Source: a virus
Lineage: Duplodnaviria > Caudoviricetes
Length of the DNA stretch: 64,000 nucleotides
IMG/VR virus record: IMGVR_UViG_650716086_000003
Span: 4,081-68,080 of that record
Reading direction: 5' to 3' (one strand)
Shown: piece by piece, positions 55,040 through 64,000 of the stretch
Position numbering within the stretch: position 1 is the first letter of the stretch
Layout of the letters: every line of letters starts with the position of its first letter
Program-made: the position numbers and the translations under genes
Notes under the pieces: generated by a model
The model's database searches: none
The model's input: only the letters and a program-made list of their open reading frames with translations
What the model was told of the DNA's origin: nothing

Positions 55040-55525
55040 ATGTCTCTCGAAGCAGCCCTGCTTTCGCTCAAGGAATCCATCGACGTTCAGAACGGCCTTC
55101 TCTCTAAGATGCTCGCGAAGGCCGGCACCGCTTCCGCACCAACCGAGGGCGACGAAGGCAAGACGACGGCCACCCGCGGCAAGGGTAAGGGCAAGACCGC
55201 TGCCAAGGAAGCCGAGACCGACACCAACGAAGGTGAAGGCAACGACGATACAGGTCTCTCGCACGACGAAGTGAAGAAGCTCGCCGGCAACTGGCTCGCC
55301 GAGTTCAAGGCGAACGAAAAGGATCCGGAGACGGAAGCCCGCCGCGATGCCATCAAGGGGGCACTCGCCAAACTCACCGGCAAGGAAAAGGGCACGATCG
55401 CCGACGTTCCGGCCGCGGATCTTCATCGCGTTGTTGCCTGGCTCGACAAACAGAAGGCCAAGGGCCGCCTGACGCCCGAGCCGACGGACGAAGATGGTTC
55501 GGAAGAAGACGGCGACGAAATCTGA
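55040..55525 (+). CDS. Hypothetical acidic replication-module protein
   Basis: AAGGA RBS; MSLEAAL start; Chi-like synteny. Confidence 0.7.
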   Translation: MSLEAALLSLKESIDVQNGLLSKMLAKAGTASAPTEGDEGKTTATRGKGKGKTAAKEAETDTNEGEGNDDTGLSHDEVKKLAGNWLAEFKANEKDPETEARRDAIKGALAKLTGKEKGTIADVPAADLHRVVAWLDKQKAKGRLTPEPTDEDGSEEDGDEI

Positions 55526-55565
55526 TCACAGCGCCTCCCAAGCGCGACCCTCGGCTAAATCGCCG

Positions 55566-55648
55566 GGGGTCATTTTGCAGGAAGCCGCCCGCGGTCGCAC
55601 ACGCGGGTCTCGTGCGAGAGGGTAACTGGCTTCCTCCAAAATGACCCC
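55566..55648 (+). other. Long RNA stem-loop upstream of the homing endonuclease
   Basis: GGGGTCATTTTGCAGGAAGCC pairs with GGCTTCCTCCAAAATGACCCC (20 of 21 bp) and encloses smaller hairpins. Confidence 0.7.
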
Positions 55649-55663
55649 GATGAGAACTCGGAA

Positions 55664-56200
55664 ATGACCATGGAAGTCTGGAAAGACATAGCTGAGCACG
55701 CCGGTTACCAGGTTAGCAATCTCGGGCGAGTGCGTAGTGTCGATCGCATAATTGAAGTGCGCTGCCCGTGGGGGCACATCGTCAAACGCCGACTCAAAGG
55801 TAAGATTTTAAAAGCAACCGTGCATCCGGAGACTGGCTACGTTCACGTGACCATGGGTGCCGGTGTCACCAAGATGGTTCACAGACTGGTGGCTAAGGTT
55901 TTTGTGCCGAATCCTCTGAACCTGCCTGAAGTAAATCACGAAGATTTGGACCGCACCAACAATGTCGACACGAACCTCACCTGGGTGACGAGTTCCGGCA
56001 ACAAAGATCATTCGTATGCATCAGGAACTCGAAAGCAGCACGGTTTGACACAGCCTGTCAGACTTGTTCGACCGGGGTACACGTTACAGTTCGATTCCAT
56101 GCTCGACGCCGCGAAACATATTGATCGAAATCCCGGTTCCGTGGCTTCAGCGTTTCACCGAGGACACCTGTGCGCCGGCTGGCAAGTGGAGGCTGGCTGA
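55664..56200 (+). CDS. NUMOD4-HNH homing endonuclease
   Basis: EVWKDI....YQVSNLGRVRS (NUMOD4); VHRLVAKVF...EVNHED.DRTNN...NLTW (HNH). Confidence 0.92.
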   Translation: MTMEVWKDIAEHAGYQVSNLGRVRSVDRIIEVRCPWGHIVKRRLKGKILKATVHPETGYVHVTMGAGVTKMVHRLVAKVFVPNPLNLPEVNHEDLDRTNNVDTNLTWVTSSGNKDHSYASGTRKQHGLTQPVRLVRPGYTLQFDSMLDAAKHIDRNPGSVASAFHRGHLCAGWQVEAG

Positions 56201-57426
56201 TGGCAGGCCACGCTCGTAACGCACCCTCCGATTCGAAAAGATGGCTTTTGTGTTCCGGTGCTCTAAACCGATGCAAGGCTCTCGGGCTCGATCAGATTGA
56301 CGACAGTTCGGACGCTGCCGACGAAGGCACTGCTGCTCACTCCATACGCGAGCTTTGCTTGGAAGTGGGACTCGATCCCTATGATTTCGTCGGAACCAAA
56401 ATCGGCGTGAACGGCAAGACGTTTACTTGCGACGAGGATATGGCAGCCGCGCTGCAGCCAGGCATTGACCGTCTTAGAGAGTTCGATGGGGTCATGTTCG
56501 TCGAATTCCGCGTCGACATTACACCTTGGACCGGTCCGGATGAGCACGGGAATCCGCAAGGCGGCACTCTCGACTGCGGGATCGTTGGTGACGACGAAAT
56601 TTGCGTCGGCGATTTGAAGTTCGGCAAGGGTATTCCCGTCGAAGCCGTCGGCAACACGCAGATCCGGCTATACGGGCTCGGTTTCTACGAGCAGGTCGCG
56701 AAGTATCTGACGAAGGCGAAGCGTTTCCGGTTCATCATCGATCAGCCTCGGAATGGCCGCGGTGGCGGTGAATGGGTGCAGACGCTCGAAGAACTTCAGG
56801 CGTTCGGCGAGTACGTCAAGGAACGCGCCGCGTTGACCTTCGATCCGAACGCACCCTGCACACCGTCGAAAGAAGCCTGCCTGTGGTGTTCCGCGGCGAA
56901 AGTGGATGGCGCCTGCCCGGAATTCGAGGCTTGGAACCTTGAGTTTTGCGACATCGAGTTCGAGAACCTGGACGACTACGACGAGTACGGGATCGATATC
57001 GAGACGCCTGACGTGGAAGGGCTCACAGTCGCGCGCAAGCGGGCGATCTATGATCACCTCGGCGTCATCCGCAAGTTCCTGACGCGCGTCGAGCAGTCCG
57101 TAGCCGAGGCGGTCCGAAGCGGGCAGGGCGATCTTTACGGCAAGAAACTGGTAGCCGGCCGCCGTTCACACCGTAAGCACGTGGATGAGACTGAGTCCGA
57201 GAAGTGGCTCCGCAAAAAGGGCTTTGAGGACGAGCAGATATTCACCAAAAAGTTGAAAACGCCCGCAATGCTGGATAAGGTGTGCGGGAAAGGGAAATTC
57301 CCGACCGAGATGGTCAAGGGTGGTCACCCCACTCCTTCCATCGTCTCGATCGAGGATGCGCGGCCGGCGCTACCGGTTGATATGGAATTCGACAATCTCG
57401 ACGACGATTCCGACGAAAACGATTGA
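56200..57426 (+). CDS. DUF2800 PD-(D/E)XK (Cas4-like) exonuclease
   Basis: H...PS...RW..C.G, EGTAAH, GGTLDC, DLKFGKG and C.WC. Confidence 0.85.
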   Translation: MAGHARNAPSDSKRWLLCSGALNRCKALGLDQIDDSSDAADEGTAAHSIRELCLEVGLDPYDFVGTKIGVNGKTFTCDEDMAAALQPGIDRLREFDGVMFVEFRVDITPWTGPDEHGNPQGGTLDCGIVGDDEICVGDLKFGKGIPVEAVGNTQIRLYGLGFYEQVAKYLTKAKRFRFIIDQPRNGRGGGEWVQTLEELQAFGEYVKERAALTFDPNAPCTPSKEACLWCSAAKVDGACPEFEAWNLEFCDIEFENLDDYDEYGIDIETPDVEGLTVARKRAIYDHLGVIRKFLTRVEQSVAEAVRSGQGDLYGKKLVAGRRSHRKHVDETESEKWLRKKGFEDEQIFTKKLKTPAMLDKVCGKGKFPTEMVKGGHPTPSIVSIEDARPALPVDMEFDNLDDDSDEND

Positions 57427-57452
57427 AAACGTGAAAACGAAGGACGACTGAC

Positions 57453-58133
57453 ATGGCATTCAAACCAACATTCAATCCGGAGACTGGCCGCGTAAAGGTG
57501 CTGGTGCGCCTGAGCTACTGCAAGATCACCGAGAAGACCAAATCCTCAGATGAGGGCGCGCTGAAGTACCGTACCAACGGTCTGATCAGCAAGAAGACGA
57601 AGGAAGGTAAGGCCAGTAAGGCGGTCATTGACGAGGCCGTCGAGCATCTGATCGAGAAGGAGTGGCCGGGAAAAGACCCGGAAAAACTGCTCCGTGCGTT
57701 TGACAGCAAACGGCTGCCCATCTTTGACGGTGACGAATACCTCACCAGCGATGGCGAGATTCGTGATCACTACGAAGACACCTGGTACCTGAAACTGACG
57801 AACGATCGTCTCCCGAAGCTGAAGGACCGCCAGGGCAATGACCTGACGATCGAAGAGGCGGAAGAACTCTTTTTGTCCGGTTACCACGCGGTCGCGTACT
57901 ACCACTATTATGCGATCAAGGACAAAGCGAAGGGTGGCAACGGCATCTTCTCGACCATCGACGGCCTGCAGTTCTTCAAACGTGACGAACTCTTCACTGG
58001 CGGTGGCATGGATGACGACGAGTTCGACGACTTCGGTGACGACGAGGATGACGGCGACGATCTGAACGACAAGCCGTCGAAGTCGAACAAGGGTAAGTCC
58101 AAGGCGTCGATCGACGACGATGACGATATCTAA
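57453..58133 (+). CDS. Single-stranded DNA-binding protein, DUF2815 family
   Basis: RLSY, DGDE, SGY...GGNGI...IDGLQFFK..E.FTGG, and a long acidic tail. Confidence 0.82.
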   Translation: MAFKPTFNPETGRVKVLVRLSYCKITEKTKSSDEGALKYRTNGLISKKTKEGKASKAVIDEAVEHLIEKEWPGKDPEKLLRAFDSKRLPIFDGDEYLTSDGEIRDHYEDTWYLKLTNDRLPKLKDRQGNDLTIEEAEELFLSGYHAVAYYHYYAIKDKAKGGNGIFSTIDGLQFFKRDELFTGGGMDDDEFDDFGDDEDDGDDLNDKPSKSNKGKSKASIDDDDDI

Positions 58134-58141
58134 GATCGTCG

Positions 58142-58167
58142 GACAGGGCGCCTAACCGCGCCCTGTC
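58142..58167 (+). terminator. Stem-loop after ssb
   Basis: GACAGGGCGC-CTAACC-GCGCCCTGTC. Confidence 0.6.
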
Positions 58168-58208
58168 AATCCACTGTTTGTTGAATAGTCCTTGTGAGGC
58201 ACACCCTG

Positions 58209-58799
58209 ATGTCTATGAACTGCATGGTCGACCTGGAAACCGTAGGCCAACGCTTCGATGCTCCGATCATTTCAATCGGCGCCATTTTCTTCGACCCCGA
58301 CACGGGTGAGTTCGGTCCTGAGTTTTACCGTGCGATCGACCCGGAAAGTGCGTTCCGCTTCGGCCGGCCGTCGGGCTCAACGTTCAAATGGTGGATGAAT
58401 CAATCCGATGCTGCTCGGAAAGCTGCAGTGGCCGGATCGCTCACCCTGGACGCGGCTCTCAACGATCTCACGACCTTCTATCGAACTCATCCGAAGGCTC
58501 CGATATGGGGCAACGGTCCGACCTTCGATATTACGATCATGGAACACGCCTATTGGCAGGTTTTCAGAGAGGCGGCCCCGTGGGCATTTTGGAATGTCCG
58601 CGATTGCCGCACGGTGCTCGAACTCGGCGAGGTTCTTGGCTACTCCAAGCCTGAATTGAAGGGCACGGCTCACAACGCGCTCGACGATGCCCGCCACCAG
58701 GCACAGTGGGTTTGCGAGATCAGGAAGCTGCTCGCTGACCTGAAGATGAAAGCAACCGCCCCGCGGGTCGCTCTTCCGGTCGATATCGACGATATCTGA
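58209..58799 (+). CDS. 3'-5' exonuclease (DnaQ-like, exonuclease VIII N-terminal type)
   Basis: MVDLETVG, IISIGA..FD, IWGNG.TFD, RDCRT and HNALDDA.HQA. Confidence 0.88.
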   Translation: MSMNCMVDLETVGQRFDAPIISIGAIFFDPDTGEFGPEFYRAIDPESAFRFGRPSGSTFKWWMNQSDAARKAAVAGSLTLDAALNDLTTFYRTHPKAPIWGNGPTFDITIMEHAYWQVFREAAPWAFWNVRDCRTVLELGEVLGYSKPELKGTAHNALDDARHQAQWVCEIRKLLADLKMKATAPRVALPVDIDDI

Positions 58800-60862
58800 T
58801 GGCCGAGCGCAAGGTTCAGTTTAAGACGGAGCGACCGATAGCGTTCTTCGACTTGGAATGCTATCGCAACTTCTTCTATGTCGCATTCCTGACCGAGGAC
58901 GGCCGATCCGCGTTCTATGAACGTAGCGATCGGGCCGACTTCGACGGTCGCCGCATTCGTCGCATTCTCAAGAAGTATACCGTCGTCGGATTCAACAGCC
59001 GCGACTACGACTTGATGGTTTTGCTCTATGCGCTCGGCGGCGCCACGAATGAGCAATTGAAGAAGCTGTCCGATTGGATCATCCAGAAGCGGAAAAAGCC
59101 CTGGGACTGTGAGCGCGAGTACGGAATTGTTGTTCCGAGCTTTATCGATCACGTGGATCTGTTTGATACAAATCCGTCTGTCGGTACCGGCGCGGACGAC
59201 GATGATGAGGCCGAAAACACGTTCGCTTCAGGTAGTGCGAGCCTGAAAACGCTCGGCGGCCGTCTACACGTGAAGCGCCTGCAGGATCTACCAGTAGATC
59301 CGGATGCACTGCTCACGCATGAGCAGATGGACATCGTGGGCGACTACTGCCTGAACTCGGACTGCCCTGCGACACGCGCTCTCTACAACCATTGCAAACA
59401 AGCTCTCGAACTGCGCGAGTCTATCGGCGAGATTTATGACATCGACGCCCGCTCGTTGTCTGACGCGCAAACCGGCGAGCGCATGATCAAGATCGGCGTT
59501 GAGCGGCTGATCAAGAAGAAGATCGAGAAATCGGAATTCAAGGGCGGTTACAGTTTTCGCTATCAGGTGCCTGACTTCATCGAGTTCCAGACACCGTTGC
59601 TGCAGAGCGTGCTGAAGACGATCCGCGAGACCGACATTCATGTCACCGATACCGGCTCGGTACCATTCCCTGAAGCCTTCAAGAAGTTCAAAATCGAGAT
59701 CGGCCAATCTAGCTACAAGCTCGGTATTGGCGGCTTGCATTCCCAGGAAAAGTCTCGCGCCGAGTTCTCCGACGGCGAATGGGTGCTGCTGGATTTCGAC
59801 GTGGGCTCTCAGTACCCGTCAATCATCATCAAGCTCGGGCTCTATCCTAAAGCCGTCGGACCGAAATTCCAGCCGGTCTATAGCGGCATCAAAGAAGAGC
59901 GAATGGCCGACAAGCGCCGTTCTCAGGCTGCCCGAGATGCCGGCGACCGGGAAAAGGAGCTTTTCTACAAGGTACGATCTGACGGCCGAAAGGTTGGTCT
60001 GAACGGTCCATACGGAAAGCTCGGGAGCCGTTACAGCGTTCTGTTCGCTCCGCACCTTATGATCGCAACGACACTCACTGGGCAGCTGACTCTGCTGATG
60101 CTTATCGAACGCGCTGAGATGGCCGGCATACGGATAGTGTCGGCCAACACCGACGGTATTGTCATGAAGGCGCCGCGGTCCCTCTACAACGGATTCATCC
60201 AGAAAGACGGCAAGGATACTGAGCGCCTGGCCCCAGGACCGATCGCTGAAATCATTGACTGGTGGGAAGAGAAAACCAGTTTCGTGCTCGAAGGCGCCGA
60301 ATACAAGGCGATCTATAACCGCGACGTGAATTTCTACTTAGCCATCAAGTCGAACGGCAAAGGCAAGCGCAAGGGCTATATCGCCAACCACTGGCACCCC
60401 GAGTCGCCGGAATACAGCCCGTCGTTCGAGCAGATGAAGAAAAATCCGAACATGACGGTGATCGGTGACGCCATCCTCGCCTTTCTCACCAAAGGCACGC
60501 CGATCGAGGAATTCATCAGATCCTACACCGACGTTCGCGGCTTCATCCGCGTGATCAAAGCCAAGGGCGGCGGCGATTGGAACGGCGAATATCTCGGCAA
60601 GACGGTGCGCTTCTATTGGGCAAAGAAGGGTGCGCCGATTATGCGTGGCAAGCCCCATGCGAAGACCGGAAACCGCAACAAGGTTTCGAAATCAGACGGC
60701 TGCCGGCCGCTGATGATCCTGCCCGATGATTACGCGGTTCCTCCGGATCTCGACTACGAGCGTTACATCGCTGAAGCATATGAAGTGCTCGGCAACTTGG
60801 GTTGGCAGCCGGATGTGACGCTGTTCGAGCGCTTCCTTTCCCGTGTTCTGCAAATCAACTAA
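58799..60862 (+). CDS. DNA polymerase, family B-like
   Basis: FFDLECY exonuclease motif, DFDVGSQYPSII (motif A), KVGLNGPYGK (motif B) and SANTDGI (motif C). Confidence 0.88.
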   Translation: MAERKVQFKTERPIAFFDLECYRNFFYVAFLTEDGRSAFYERSDRADFDGRRIRRILKKYTVVGFNSRDYDLMVLLYALGGATNEQLKKLSDWIIQKRKKPWDCEREYGIVVPSFIDHVDLFDTNPSVGTGADDDDEAENTFASGSASLKTLGGRLHVKRLQDLPVDPDALLTHEQMDIVGDYCLNSDCPATRALYNHCKQALELRESIGEIYDIDARSLSDAQTGERMIKIGVERLIKKKIEKSEFKGGYSFRYQVPDFIEFQTPLLQSVLKTIRETDIHVTDTGSVPFPEAFKKFKIEIGQSSYKLGIGGLHSQEKSRAEFSDGEWVLLDFDVGSQYPSIIIKLGLYPKAVGPKFQPVYSGIKEERMADKRRSQAARDAGDREKELFYKVRSDGRKVGLNGPYGKLGSRYSVLFAPHLMIATTLTGQLTLLMLIERAEMAGIRIVSANTDGIVMKAPRSLYNGFIQKDGKDTERLAPGPIAEIIDWWEEKTSFVLEGAEYKAIYNRDVNFYLAIKSNGKGKRKGYIANHWHPESPEYSPSFEQMKKNPNMTVIGDAILAFLTKGTPIEEFIRSYTDVRGFIRVIKAKGGGDWNGEYLGKTVRFYWAKKGAPIMRGKPHAKTGNRNKVSKSDGCRPLMILPDDYAVPPDLDYERYIAEAYEVLGNLGWQPDVTLFERFLSRVLQIN

Positions 60863-60871
60863 AAGGTGATT

Positions 60872-61324
60872 ATGATGGAATGGCCCGCCTACTATTTCGG
60901 TTTCGCCGAGCACGCCGCAAAGAAGAGCAAGGACAGCACGCAGGTGGGCGCCGTTCTCGTCGGACCTGAAGGCGAAATCCGGCTGACCGGCTACAACGGC
61001 CCACCCCGCGGCGTGAACGATACCAAGATGCGCCGGGAGCGGCCGACGAAATACCTCTTTGCCAGTCATGCAGAAGCGAACCTGATCGCCTTCGCTGCGC
61101 GAGAGGGTATCCGGACGAAACTCTGTCATGTCTATGTGACACATCACCCATGTGCCGCCTGCGCACGCACGCTCATCCAGGCTGGTATTTCTTGCGTGGT
61201 GGTCGGGCCGGCGAGCTTCGCCAACGGCAGCGCGATCAACGCAGAACTCGATGCGGCCGCCGAGATGTTCGCTGAAGCCGGCGTGATCGTGAAGCCGTGG
61301 GACAGCGAAGCGCTCGATGGCTGA
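60872..61324 (+). CDS. dCMP deaminase family protein
   Basis: SKD.STQVGAV, GYNG.PRG, HAEAN and PCAAC. Confidence 0.92.
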   Translation: MMEWPAYYFGFAEHAAKKSKDSTQVGAVLVGPEGEIRLTGYNGPPRGVNDTKMRRERPTKYLFASHAEANLIAFAAREGIRTKLCHVYVTHHPCAACARTLIQAGISCVVVGPASFANGSAINAELDAAAEMFAEAGVIVKPWDSEALDG

Positions 61325-61604
61325 ATTCTCCGACGTTCAGAGACCGCTCGTCGAGTACGGCAAGTCAGAAGGCTGGCTCGTCCGAAAGGTCGTCTATCAG
61401 GGGCGCCGCGGCTCTCCCGATTTGTGGTTCCTGAAGGGCGGAACGTGGGTGCTTATCGAAGCCAAGAAGTTCGGCGACGAGGCACGCATCCAACAGAAAA
61501 GAGAGCACGAGCGGCTGCGCAGAAAAGGCGCAAACGTCTACGTCGTCGACACATTGGCAGAAGGGAAACGCATTCTAGATGCTCACGACCCTGACTCCAT
61601 TTGA
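61317..61604 (+). CDS. VRR-NUC domain nuclease
   Basis: GRRGSPDL...LIEAKK...QKREHERL. Confidence 0.85.
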   Translation: MAEFSDVQRPLVEYGKSEGWLVRKVVYQGRRGSPDLWFLKGGTWVLIEAKKFGDEARIQQKREHERLRRKGANVYVVDTLAEGKRILDAHDPDSI

Positions 61605-63147
61605 ACGGTTCCTCGAACAGCTTCTAGAGCCCGTCGACATCGAGCCGATCGAGACGCCGTTCGAACGGTTCCTCCGCGATGTCTTCCTGGTCGATATCGG
61701 AAATCCGACATCGGGATTGCGCCCCGAGTCGTTGTTGCGCTCGTATCAGTCTTATCTCGCTGACTGCATCGTCGACATGGACTATCTACTCGGCGCCGCT
61801 GAAATGTCACTCGGCAAGACCGCTGCGACCTTGACCGGTGTGCGCCGGCTGCTGCGCAAATTCCCCAAATGGCGCTGCATCATCGTCGCCCCGCTCGAAG
61901 TCGCCAAAAATACTTGGCCAGAGGAAATCGCCGAGTGGGAACACCTTCAGGATCTCACTTACACAGTGGTGTGCGGCGACGAGCAGCAGCGCCTAGCCGC
62001 GCTCAAAGTTGATGCCGATCTGACGATTATCAATCGCGAAAATCTGCAGTGGCTGTGGCAGACGATCGGCGGCGACACGGGCTGGCGCTGGCACATTCTC
62101 GTCTATGACGAATCAAGCCGTCTCAAAGGATTCACGTTCCGCACGCCGAACAAAAAGAAAGACCCCAAGACCGGCGAGACGGTGAAACGGAAACCCACGC
62201 TCACGGAATTCGGAGTCCTTGCTCAGGCGCGCAAGCACATGAAGCGAGTGATCGAACTTACCGGAACTCCTTCGCCGAACGGTGTTCGCGATCTCGGCGG
62301 CCAGGCGTACATCCTCGATCAGGGTAAGAGGCTCGGCGTCAACAAGACCAAGTTCGAGAACCGTTGGTTCGACAAGAATCAGTTCACCAAAGCGGTGACA
62401 CCCAAAGCCCACGCCAAAGACGAAATCATGGCTCTGATGAAGGACGTGATGATCGGCCTTCGATCTCAGGACTACATCGATCTGCCGCCGCAAGTGTTCA
62501 ATCCGGTCTACGTCAATCTGTCGCCGAAGCTCATGAAGGAGTATCGTGAGTTCGAGAAGACACTCGTTGCGCAGAACTACGACGTGGAGGCCGTCTCGCG
62601 CGGAGTGTTGACTGGCAAACTCCTTCAGTTCGCGAATGGGGGTCTGTATCGACTCGACGAAGATGTCTTCAATGCGAAGCGCGAGACGATCGCGATCCAT
62701 GATTACAAGCTGAAAGCTCTAGAAAGCATTGTCGAGGAAGCTGCCGGTCAGAATGTCCTAGTGGCCTATAGCTTTCAGTTCGACAAAGACAGGATTCGAA
62801 AGAAGTTCCCAAAGGCAGTCTTTTTCGACGAAGAACCTAATTTCGTCAAAAAATGGAATGCCGGTAAGATCCAGATGGGAGTCGCGCATCCAGCCTCAAT
62901 CGGCCATGGTCTGAATCTTCAGCACGGCGGTCATATCCAAGTCTGGTTTGGACTGACTTGGAGTCTTGAATTGTGGGACCAGTTCAATCGGAGACTCGCC
63001 AGACCTGGACAGAAAAACCACTCAGTGTTCATCCACGTGATCATTGCAAAAGGCACGATGGATGAAGCGCAATACGAAACCCTTCAGATTAAGGGGGTTA
63101 CGCAGGATCAAATCATGAACGCCGTGAGAGTTCGGTTGAAAAAATAG
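61579..63147 (+). CDS. SNF2-like superfamily 2 helicase
   Basis: EMSLGKT, VYDESS, LTGTPSPNG, HPASIGHGLNLQ and RLARPGQ. Confidence 0.9.
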   Translation: MLTTLTPFERFLEQLLEPVDIEPIETPFERFLRDVFLVDIGNPTSGLRPESLLRSYQSYLADCIVDMDYLLGAAEMSLGKTAATLTGVRRLLRKFPKWRCIIVAPLEVAKNTWPEEIAEWEHLQDLTYTVVCGDEQQRLAALKVDADLTIINRENLQWLWQTIGGDTGWRWHILVYDESSRLKGFTFRTPNKKKDPKTGETVKRKPTLTEFGVLAQARKHMKRVIELTGTPSPNGVRDLGGQAYILDQGKRLGVNKTKFENRWFDKNQFTKAVTPKAHAKDEIMALMKDVMIGLRSQDYIDLPPQVFNPVYVNLSPKLMKEYREFEKTLVAQNYDVEAVSRGVLTGKLLQFANGGLYRLDEDVFNAKRETIAIHDYKLKALESIVEEAAGQNVLVAYSFQFDKDRIRKKFPKAVFFDEEPNFVKKWNAGKIQMGVAHPASIGHGLNLQHGGHIQVWFGLTWSLELWDQFNRRLARPGQKNHSVFIHVIIAKGTMDEAQYETLQIKGVTQDQIMNAVRVRLKK

Positions 63148-63280
63148 CGATAAAGTTGTGAATTAAGGTTAACGAATCACTAACGTGTTGACTTGCTCAA
63201 CCGGTTGCGTCATCTTGTCAACATAATGTTGAAAGAAATTTCAGCGCACCTTTAAAGAGTTCACACGGGGGTATTTCGTT

Positions 63281-64000
63281 ATGGGTGACACTTCCAAAAT
63301 TCCTGCTCAGAAGATCATTCGCGACAAGTCTTTCGCGAAACGCATGGAGATTGCGTGCGAGAATCATCCGAGAGCACCTTCAGGTCACGGCCGGCAAAAG
63401 TGGGTCCGTGAGCAGTTAGCTGAACAGTTCAAGGCGTCGGCTAGTCCTGAAGCAGTGAGAAAGTGGTTTGCCGGTGAAGCTCGGCCGAGACCGAAACTCA
63501 TGAGCCAGATCGCTCGTGTCCTTGAAGTCGACGAAGCTTGGCTGTCGCTCGGCATCACTCCTAAAGCTACACCTCGCGAGCAGCGGAAACAGAACGCTAC
63601 TGCAGCCGGCGCGGTCAATCTAGTCGCTGCGTTGATCCAATTGTCGGGAGGCAACATAGCCTTCCCTGAGAAGGATGGACCAGACCTATTTGCGATTGTC
63701 CACGGCAAACACCACAACATCACGGTGCGCCTGGCTGATCGTTCGGAGAAGAGCACTATCCAAGTGCCAGTGAAGACGAACACTCTGATCGCCGTCACGC
63801 CGACAGACCGTCCGACCGTTTACAAGTTTTTCCGCATTCCATCTGAGGCTGTTGAAAAGTTTGGATCGAACCGCGGTGGCTACTCGGACCTTGAAGTTGT
63901 GTACCGTTCCGACGGCATGTTCGTGGGTGAGGAAGCTCTTCCGGAAATCTTCGCTTTTGACGATCTGGAAGGGTCTCAGGCTGATCGAGTATACGCATAA
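63281..64000 (+). CDS. HTH transcriptional regulator with C-terminal nuclease-fold-like domain
   Basis: SPEAVRKWFAGEARPR...IARVLEVDEAWLSLG (XRE-type HTH). Operator copies lie upstream at 63177 and 63218. Confidence 0.75.
   Translation: MGDTSKIPAQKIIRDKSFAKRMEIACENHPRAPSGHGRQKWVREQLAEQFKASASPEAVRKWFAGEARPRPKLMSQIARVLEVDEAWLSLGITPKATPREQRKQNATAAGAVNLVAALIQLSGGNIAFPEKDGPDLFAIVHGKHHNITVRLADRSEKSTIQVPVKTNTLIAVTPTDRPTVYKFFRIPSEAVEKFGSNRGGYSDLEVVYRSDGMFVGEEALPEIFAFDDLEGSQADRVYA

Noticed and set aside
55645-55665. Hammerhead ribozyme core (CCGATGAG...GAAA)
   Set aside because: The core deviates from CUGANGA and no credible stem II or flanking stems form.
47550-61680. Short tandem duplications (KHLYQKHLYQ at ~47550-47580; TPFERFL twice at the helicase N-terminus)
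   Set aside because: Isolated two-copy slippage events with no evidence of a system.

Overview
The window is most of a ~60% GC, lambda-head, Chi-like (Casjensviridae-type gene order) siphophage genome from an alphaproteobacterial, probably rhizobial, host. The host call rests on GcrA-, CtrA-, GapR/DUF2312- and DUF982-like genes. The assembly is circularly permuted. Layout: 1-23.2 kb morphogenesis (terminase C-terminus, gpW, portal, S49 protease, decoration, capsid, tail, tape measure, tail tip, endolysin, second tail-tube paralog, beta-helix tailspike); 23.4-26.4 kb an antisense glycosyltransferase/methyltransferase cassette; 26.5-27.5 kb membrane/lysis genes; 27.5-40.3 kb a leftward accessory block; tRNA-Ser(GCT); 41.2-48.7 kb a leftward probable early block; 48.7-49.6 kb repeats and a predicted cos site; 52-64 kb replication genes and a regulator. 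No integrase, CRISPR array or reverse transcriptase was seen. Main unexplained signals: (i) a peptide motif F-x-D-[IV]-[LF]-G occurring 10 times in 8 unrelated proteins, mostly at the extreme C-terminus, with synonymous codon variation; (ii) about 30 copies of a 15-bp palindrome TCAAC-N5-GTTGA at gene junctions, with CtrA-box geometry (4-N7-4), in a genome encoding a receiver-less CtrA-like DNA-binding domain, a double-HTH GcrA and a GapR; (iii) a GT8-KpsC fusion plus SAM methyltransferase next to the tailspike; (iv) a stand-alone acyl carrier protein. All family assignments come from motif recognition by eye; no database searches were run.
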